Shown here: in pieces, positions 55,916-64,000 of the stretch
Layout: every line of letters starts with the position of its first letter
Position numbering within the stretch: the stretch's first letter is position 1
NCBI RefSeq assembly: GCF_009914755.1
Contig: NC_060936.1
Strand: one strand, 5' to 3'
Origin: the human T2T-CHM13v2.0 reference genome, Homo sapiens
DNA: 64,000 bases
The notes under the pieces: model-generated
Told to the model about the DNA's origin: nothing
The model's input: only the letters and a program-made list of their open reading frames with translations
Databases searched by the model: none
Position numbers and translations under genes: made by a program

Positions 55916-56588
55916 TAAAATAAAGCCACTCCAGAGTTTGGAAAACTACTTTATAGACTTTTTCTTCTTTTTTTTTAGTGGAGGCTGGGAAGGTGAAGGA
56001 GACATTTTCCTGGGGCCACGGCTTTCACGCTTTTGTTCATATTATTTTGTATTTCATATATGCATTATATCCATCTGATCTCACACACACACACACACAC
56101 ACAGAGTTTAGATATTATGAATGCACCATAGCCAAGTGTGTGTATGCGTATGCAGTTGTGTGTGTGTACTTAATTAAATATATCTCTGAATAGTTATTCA
56201 AAAACTTGGTAGCAAGTTCCTCCTCCGGGGAGGAGATCTAAGGTGGGGTGGGAGAGAGATTTACTTTTAACCTCATTTTCCATTCTTTTGTTTGCTTTTT
56301 TCTTTTTGTTTTCCAAAACAATTTTATACAAAAACATTTAAAATAGTTTTTGAGTGTATCCATAAAGAAACTTTTCATGCAAATATTAAATCATAAAAGT
56401 CAGCAACCTGTATATAATTCAGCCAATTGTAGGTTGTTTGGCTAACTAGTTACCTCGCCTTAGTTGGTGCCCTTCCCTTTCGGGTCCTCAGCCTTCCCGT
56501 CTATGAAAGGGTATAGACCAGCTGCTCCTGAAGGCCCCTTCCTCTCTATGAGATTGAATGACTAGAGTCTAAAAACAGCATGTGCTGC

Positions 56589-56620
56589 TACTGCCATCTA
56601 GCAGTCCAACTAGGGCTGCA
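56589..56620 (-). promoter_or_regulatory. Candidate CTCF site with upstream module
   Basis: Minus strand reads tgcagccctagtt-ggactgctagatggcagta. Confidence 0.5.
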
Positions 56621-57734
56621 TGGATTTAGCTTTCCTCAGGTATTTTGAAAGACATCAGGGGGCTATTATTCAAAACACAAAAACTTCATTGAATATGCAA
56701 AGATCCTACAGCCCCTAAGTGCTTTCTGAGTGGGAGAGAGTATACATATATAAACAAATCTTAGACATTTAAAAAGTTGTTCTGAGCCTGTAATGTTTGA
56801 CTATTGTAATATTTGACTACTGCAGTCAAACATTATACCATCATTGCAATTCAGTGGTCTCAAGGGCCTTTGGTGATGTGCCCAGACTGCCCAGTACAGC
56901 AGATATTTGTTGGGTACCCACTATGCATGCAGAGGACTGTGCAGGTGTGTGTGTGGTAGAAAGAGACAGGAATTTGGTATCATGCAGTTCAGACACCCTA
57001 ACTCTTTAAGGACAGAGAACTGTGACCTTTCGGAGGTGTATTCCCAATAAGCCATGCATCTCCAACAGCTAGCAGAGCACTGGCACACAACAGGAAGTTA
57101 ATAAATGCATGTTTTCAATGAATGCAGGAAGGAAGGAAGGAAGAAATAATCTGGATTTGAATTCATGTCCCCTGTTTATGAAGGCATTTTCTTCTTCATT
57201 TCCTCATTGGCACAATAGCAATGACAACCCTTGCCCCTGATTGTGAGGATCCAGTGCTATGACAAGGGGCAATGCCTCTGTCAGCTGGAAAAAGCTTTAA
57301 AAAAGAGGTGGGGTGGGGGAATCTCCGTATTTTGAGGCTCATCAACCACCTACTGTGCATGACAATGAGATATATTCTTCACTCCCCAAATTGATATTTC
57401 CATAGAAAATGTTTTCTGCCATGTATTCTAAGTTTTCTTGATTAAAGTGTATATTGCAGAAATACTGCAAATTCAGGCCTGAAGTACACTCAGGGATTTT
57501 TCTCTCCACCTCTTCCCGCAACCCTGCCCTTTCCTAGCAGAAGAACAGGACCTGTTCTTTGTTTTTACCGCATCTCCAGGTTTCCATATATGTACACTGA
57601 AGGAGTTGAATTAAATTAACCCTAAGGTCTTTTCCCTTTTAAACTCTAAAGCTTCTTCCCTTTAAAAACAGGTTCTTATAGGGAAAATTGTACAATGACA
57701 CCGTGGGCTCAACTGTTGTAAAGAAGCTGTGATA

Positions 57735-57753
57735 TGCTGCCACCTGTTGGTGA
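57735..57753 (-). promoter_or_regulatory. Candidate CTCF site
   Basis: Minus strand reads tcaccaacaggtggcagca. Confidence 0.45.
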
Positions 57754-58453
57754 TGCATTGAATTATTTTAAATTCTAAGCAAAACTGAGGTTTAGCATTT
57801 ATTAATAAATAGTATTCACTATGACCAAATGAATTTACATACATATTTACAGTAGAAATGTATCACAGTGCCAAGGGCAAGAAATGTTTTCCCCAAAGGC
57901 AAAAATAATAGTTGACATTTAAAGACCAGAGTCTTTCAGTACCAAGCCCTACGTGAATTCTCCCACTTAATCCTCACAGCCACCCAGTTCTTTGATTATC
58001 CCCACTTTACAGATGAGGAAACTGATAGTCAGTGAGGCAATGACTTCCCCCAGGTCACATGGGTGGTAAGTAGCAGAGACATAACCTGGTTCCTTAACAA
58101 CGATGCACTTAGCATAGTGTATTCTGTAGTGTTTTCTTGCTTCTGATTTGAAAAGAAATTAACATCATTGTAGAAATTTCTTAAATTACAAAGAAAAAAA
58201 TAAATTGAAATCCCACCACTAAAATAAAATCAATGTTAACATTCTGTGCATATCTATCCAGTATTTTAGTGCTTATGTCATGTATACATTTGTACTTTTA
58301 AATATGATTATAATTGTTGGTTAAAACAAGAGTTCCCTTTTTTTTGATTCATTCATTTCTCCATTCATTCATTTCTCCGATTAAATTTAACAAATGCTTA
58401 ATTTGTACCAGGTGGAGATACAATGGATGGGATTTTTTTTTAAAGACATTATA

Positions 58454-58655
58454 TAAGCTTGTCCAACCTGCCTTATTTTGTTGTTGTTGCTGTTCTGTTT
58501 TGTTTTGCTTTAGGCTTTTAGCAGCCTGAAACCATGGTTTTTTGTTTCTGTCTCTAGTGATAAGCAGAAAAGAGGCAAGAGGAAGGGGCTTTACTGGCCC
58601 AACCAGAAGCAAAAACTAAGAACCCATGACTGTATTCTGTCCCTTGGCACTCCTG
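58454..58655 (-). mobile_element. MER30B DNA transposon
   Basis: Reverse complement caggagtgccaagggacagaatacagtcatgggttcttag...ttggacaagctt. Confidence 0.85.
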
Positions 58656-59490
58656 GATGAGATAAATAAATGTTCTAAAGGAAAAATAGTTCCGGGAGAA
58701 CAGGTAAGAAGGGAAGTTAGTTTGCACAGGGGGAACACAAGGCTTCCCTGAGGAGGTGATGCTTGGAAAGATTTGGATGGTTCAGGTACCCCTTTCCCCC
58801 ACCTCACAACTAACTTTCCAAGCAATTCTTTGCTTCAAGGAGGGAAAGGCCTGCCCTCTTCATTCTCTTTCCAGTGCTCAGGTAGGCACAGAGACAGATC
58901 AGTTAGCCCTTGCCTAAGCAGATGAAAGAGTGGGAGTAAGACGTTATTCTTCTCGTATTGTGGGCACTCCAATACTTACCAGTGATTCTTTGGGGACCTT
59001 CTCTCTCTTGGCCTAAGGGAGAGGAAAACTTCTCACCCCAAACACTGCACCTTCACCTTCAACAGTAGAGGATCTAGGTGTCTAGCCTCAGGTGTTGGTG
59101 CTTGCCTCCTGTGGGGGAGAACTAGCTCCTACAGGTTTCAACTGAGATCCCAGTGTCAATTTCTGAGCAACCAAAAAAGGCCCCTCAGCAATTGCACCAC
59201 AAGTTCTCAGTCCGAACTAATTGATGATAGCCTAATCAGCCTCTCTTCTTCCAGTTTCTCCTCACTTAATCTATCCTATAGTGGGCTACAAAGTCGGTCT
59301 TCCCAAGAATAGTTAAAATAATGCTATTAACTCGAAACTTTCAGCATATCCCTAAATAAACTAGTTTCAGTAACATTTTTATCAATAACTTGGATTTGCT
59401 GATACTTTTCCTTTGCTTTCTTTCCCAATTCCACCCCCTTCCCCCATGTACACATCACTCAGCTTTTATTTTTCATTCTTGCTTTTTAAA

Positions 59491-59781
59491 TTTTTTGTTG
59501 TTGTTGTTGTTCTGAGATGGAGTCTTGCTCTGTCACCCAGGCTGGAGGGCAGTGGCGCAACCTCCACCTCCTGGTTTCAAGCGATTCTCCTGCCTCAGCC
59601 TCCCGAATAGCTGGGATTACAGGCACCTGCCACCACACCCGGCTAATTTCTTTGTATTTTTAGTACAGACAGGGTTTCACCATGTTGGCCAGGCTGGTCT
59701 CAAACTCCTGACCTCAAGTGATCCACCTGCCTTGGCCTCCCAAAGTGCTAGGATTACAGGCATGAGTCACCGCAACCAGCT
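59491..59781 (-). mobile_element. AluS with (GTT)n tail and small internal deletion
   Basis: Alu body; approximate TSD tttttaaattttttgt / tttttaaatttttgt. Confidence 0.88.
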
Positions 59782-60352
59782 AAAATTTTTAAATTTTTGT
59801 GGATACATAGTGGTGTATATATTTATAGGGTACATGTGATGTTTTGATAAAGGCATGCAATGTGAAATAATCACATCATGGAGAATGGGGTATCCATCCC
59901 TTCCAGCATTTATCCTTTGTGTTACAAACAATCCAATTACACTCTTTTAGCTATTTTTAATGTCCAATTATTATTGACTATAGTCTCCCCATTGTGCTAT
60001 CAAATAATAGGTATTATTCATTCTATTTGCTCTCTGTACCCATTAACCAACCCCACCTCCCTCACTCCAGCCCCCCACTGCCCTTCCCACCCTCTGATAA
60101 CATCCTTCTACTCTCTATGTCCATGAGTTCAATTGTTTGATTTTTACATCCCACAAATAAGTGAGAACATGCAATGTTTGTCTTTCTGTGCCTGGCTTAT
60201 TTCACTTAACATAACGACCTCCAGTTCCACCCATGTTGTTGCAAATGACAAGGTCTCATTCTTTTTTTATGGCAGAATAGTACTCCATTGTGTATATGTA
60301 CCATATCTTCTTTATCCATTCATCTATTGATGGACACTTGGGTTGCTTCCAA
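59782..60352 (-). mobile_element. L1MA (L1MA4/5-like) 3' end
   Basis: gtgtatatatttatagggtacatg...cccacaaataagtgagaacatg...gatggacacttgggttgcttcca. Confidence 0.85.
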
Positions 60353-60359
60353 ACGCAGC

Positions 60360-62480
60360 TTTATGATTATCAATTAACAGCCAATCTTGTATAATTTATG
60401 CCCCTACTTTCTCTCTCCCCCACCCATAGATTATTTTTAGGCAAATCCCAGATATAATATTATTTAATTCATCAACATTACAGTAGGTACTAAATTATAT
60501 GGACTCTTTAAATCATAGCCACAATATCACTGTCACACTAAAAAAATAATAATTCCTTAGTATCATTAAATATCCAGTGAGTGTTCAAATTTCCCTTAGT
60601 GTCTTAAAATTCTTTTTAACAGTGATTTGTTCAAAATGGGATGCAAACAGGGTCCATAAATTCATTTGGTTGACGCTTAAATCTCTCTTTTTTCTAAGTT
60701 CCAGAGTACATGTGCAGGATGTACAGATTTGTTAAACAGGTAAATGGAGAAAAGTTTTGAAATTTTTGAAATCCCTTTTAATCTATAGATTCCCATTCCA
60801 TTTCCTTGTTTTCCTTGAAGTTTATTTGTTGGCTAAATGGGTCATTTTCCCCATAGAACTTCCACAGTTTGGACTTGTTGATTGCTTCCTTGTGCTGTTG
60901 TTTAACATGTTTCTCTGTCTCTGTAGTCTTACAAGATCCGGAGGTTTGATCAGACCAGTTTGAAATTCTCTTTCATAGGGAGAGGTATGTACTTCCATCG
61001 GGAGGCATTTATTAATAATACTTGCTTGTCTTTTTCTGTGATGTTAGTGGCCACTGACGATCATCCATGGTTGGTACACCTATCATTTCATTAATGGTTT
61101 GCAGAATGGTGATATTCTAATTTTATCAATCCGTCTTATATTAGCCAGGATACTTCTATAAGGAGAAGCTTTTCTTTCATCAACTATTTGATTGTCCTCA
61201 GCTATAGTTCATATAAGAAAAGCAGGTCAAGTGCTTGATTCTTTCTCTTTATTTACTGTATTAGTCTGTTCTCATGCTGCCAATAATGACATACCCAAGA
61301 CTGGGCAATTTATAAAGAAAAAGAGGTTTAATGGACTCACAGTTCCACATGACTGGGGAGGCCTCAAGGCAGAAGGTGAAGGAGGAGCAAAGGCACATCT
61401 TACATGGCGGCAGGCAAGACAGTGTGTGTAGGGGAACTGCCCTTTATAAAACCATCAGATTTCGTGAGACTTCTTCTCTATCATAAGAACAGCATGGGAA
61501 AACCCACCCCCATGATTCAATTACCTCCCACCAGGTCCCTCCCATGACACATGGGGATTATGGGAGCTACAATTCAAGATGAGATTTGGGTGGGGACACA
61601 GACAAACTACATCATTTACTAATTTTCAGAAAGATTAGTTGGTTCTCTAGAGACCTCCAGAAATGACTATGAGTTTTTGGGTTTGAATAACATTGCAAAC
61701 TCATTGATTTAATGATATTTGATGTGTTTCACTTCACTGTAGTGGTCATTTTTAATGATGCTCAAATTGTTTTGTTTTTGTTTTTGTTTTTGTTTTTGTT
61801 TTTTGGCCAGTGGAAGACTCTTTGATCTGCCTCCTGAGTCCTTTGACAGGATTCTTACCAACTTTGAAAATTTTTTCACCTCCTTCCTCCCGCAAACAGT
61901 AACATATTAAAGTGTACACTTTCGTCTACCTTGCTTTTCCACTTAATGGTATATTCTAGAAATCACTCCATGGTAGTATACAGAGATGTTCCTCATTCCT
62001 TTGCATGGGTGCCTATGATTCTACTGTGAGGAAATACCACAGTTTATTCAACTAGTCTCCTACTGAATATCTGGACTGTTTCCAGTCTTTTGCTATTACA
62101 AATAGTGCTGCAGTGACCAACCTTGTGTGTATATTTTCTTCATATTTTTGCCAGTGAATCCTTGGGATATCTTCCTGGAAGTTAGGTTTCTGAGTCAAAG
62201 AGCATTTGCATATGTCATTTTGCTATGTAGTGCTAAGTTATTCTCCACGAGGCTTGTACTATTTTTGTATTCCTATCAGCAATGTGTAAAAGTGCCTGTT
62301 AACCGAAGCCTGGTAATGAAGTATACTTGTGAACTTTGGAGTTTTGCCAATCTGATAGGTGGAAAGTGAGAATTTATGATGAGCCAAGTTAAGTATATTT
62401 TCCAATGTCTTTGCATTTTTTGTGTGTAAAATATCTTCTCATTTAAAAATACAATTCTTGGCCTTTCTCTTTTCCATTTT
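60360..62480 (-). mobile_element. Fragmented old L1M (L1MC/MD/ME) sequence with nested THE1 and a short L1P piece (about 60690-60745)
   Basis: Antisense L1M motifs throughout (gatgctcaaattgt; ttttgctattacaaatagtgctgcagtg). Confidence 0.55.
61257..61614 (-). mobile_element. THE1 (THE1C-like) solo LTR
   Basis: TG...CA ends, 358 bp, perfect 5-bp TSD tttac (61252-61256 and 61615-61619). Confidence 0.92.
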
Positions 62481-62490
62481 TAGAAAAAAA

Positions 62491-62810
<320 letters not shown>

Positions 62811-62893
62811 TAGAAATTATTTATATGTTAAGAACATTAACCTTTTGTGATGTAAGTTGCATGTAAAATGAGGTCTTATTGGTAGGCTCTAAC

Positions 62894-63202
<309 letters not shown>

Positions 63203-63370
63203 TAAGAGATTAGGACACAGACACAGGGGAAAGACCATGAGAAGACAAAGAGAAGGCAGCCATCCACAAACCAAGGAGAAAGGCATCAGAAGAAACCAAC
63301 CCTGATGATGCCTTGATTTCAAACTTGTAGCCTCCAAAATCACGAGAAAGTGAATTTCTGTTGTTTAACT

Positions 63371-63695
63371 CAGCAGTCCCCAAACTTTTTGGCACCAAGG
63401 ACCAGTTTGGAGGACAATTTTTCCATGGACTTGGGCGGGGGATGATTTCAGGACGAAACTCTTCAGTTCAATAGTCATTAGATTCTCTCATAAGGAGTGT
63501 GCAACCTACATGCTTCGGATGTGCAGTTCACAATAGGTTTCGCACTCCTATGGGAAACTAATGCTGCTGTTGATCTGACAGGAGGCAGAACTTAGGCAGT
63601 AATGCTCACTTGCTGCTCACCTCCCACTGTGTGTCCCCATTCCTAACAGGCCACGGACTGGTACCAGTCCACGGCCTGGGGGTTGGGAACCCCTG
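63371..63695 (+). mobile_element. MER1B hAT-Charlie element
   Basis: Ends cagcagtccccaa and ttgggaacccctg; 8-bp TSD gtttaact / gtttaagc. Confidence 0.88.
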
Positions 63696-63809
63696 GTTTA
63701 AGCCACCCAGCCTGTGATTGTTGTAGTAAACCTAGCAAACTAATACACAACTTTTTGTCTTATCAGATTTATTAATCTTTTTCCCTTATTGCTTCTAGGT
63801 TTTTGGTTT

Positions 63810-64000
63810 TCTTGGGTGTTTTGTTTGTTTTCGAGACATGATCTCACTCTGTTGCCCAGGCTGGAGTGCAGTGGCACAATCTCAGCTCACTGTAGCCTCA
63901 ACCTCCTGGCCTCAAGGGACCCTCCCACCTCAGCCTCCTGGTAGCTGGCACTACAGGCCCACATCACCATACCTGGATAATTTTTGTATTTTTTGTAGAG
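63810..64000 (-). mobile_element. AluJ, cut by the window end
   Basis: Reverse complement of the Alu right arm. Confidence 0.85.

Noticed and set aside
57127-57143. (GGAA)4 as an ETS-fusion response microsatellite
   Set aside because: Short, and simply the tail of an L2 fragment.

Overview
Primate, almost certainly human, genomic DNA. The left ~27 kb is the 3' end of RIC8B (G-alpha chaperone/GEF; chr12q23.3 from recall) on the + strand. It holds the 120-nt cassette exon 9 (8456-8575), a ~15-kb Alu-poor last intron with several candidate alternative exons, the terminal coding exon (23538-23649) and a 3' UTR with tandem poly(A) signals. The right ~37 kb is intergenic and repeat-dense. It contains processed pseudogenes of EEF1B2 (minus strand, split by an Alu) and RPL30, about 20 Alus, L1/L2/MIR fragments, DNA-transposon fossils (Tigger3, Zaphod-like hAT, MER30B, MER1B), solo LTRs (MER57, MLT1, THE1), a 352-nt pure-purine tract, a small GC-box/CpG-rich element and two CTCF-like sites. 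Apart from the RIC8B terminal exon and the EEF1B2 pseudogene fragments, the ORF-track entries look spurious. I found no convincing new multi-gene system. The most unusual signals are mechanistic scars: an Alu carrying ~67 nt of extra 3' sequence inside one TSD (apparent Alu 3' transduction), two locally templated insertions copied from ~565 bp downstream, a 40-bp young Alu with microhomology, and a tailless AluY. There is also a possible set of alternative short RIC8B C-termini. Repeat names and boundaries are by eye from recalled consensus sequences and are approximate.
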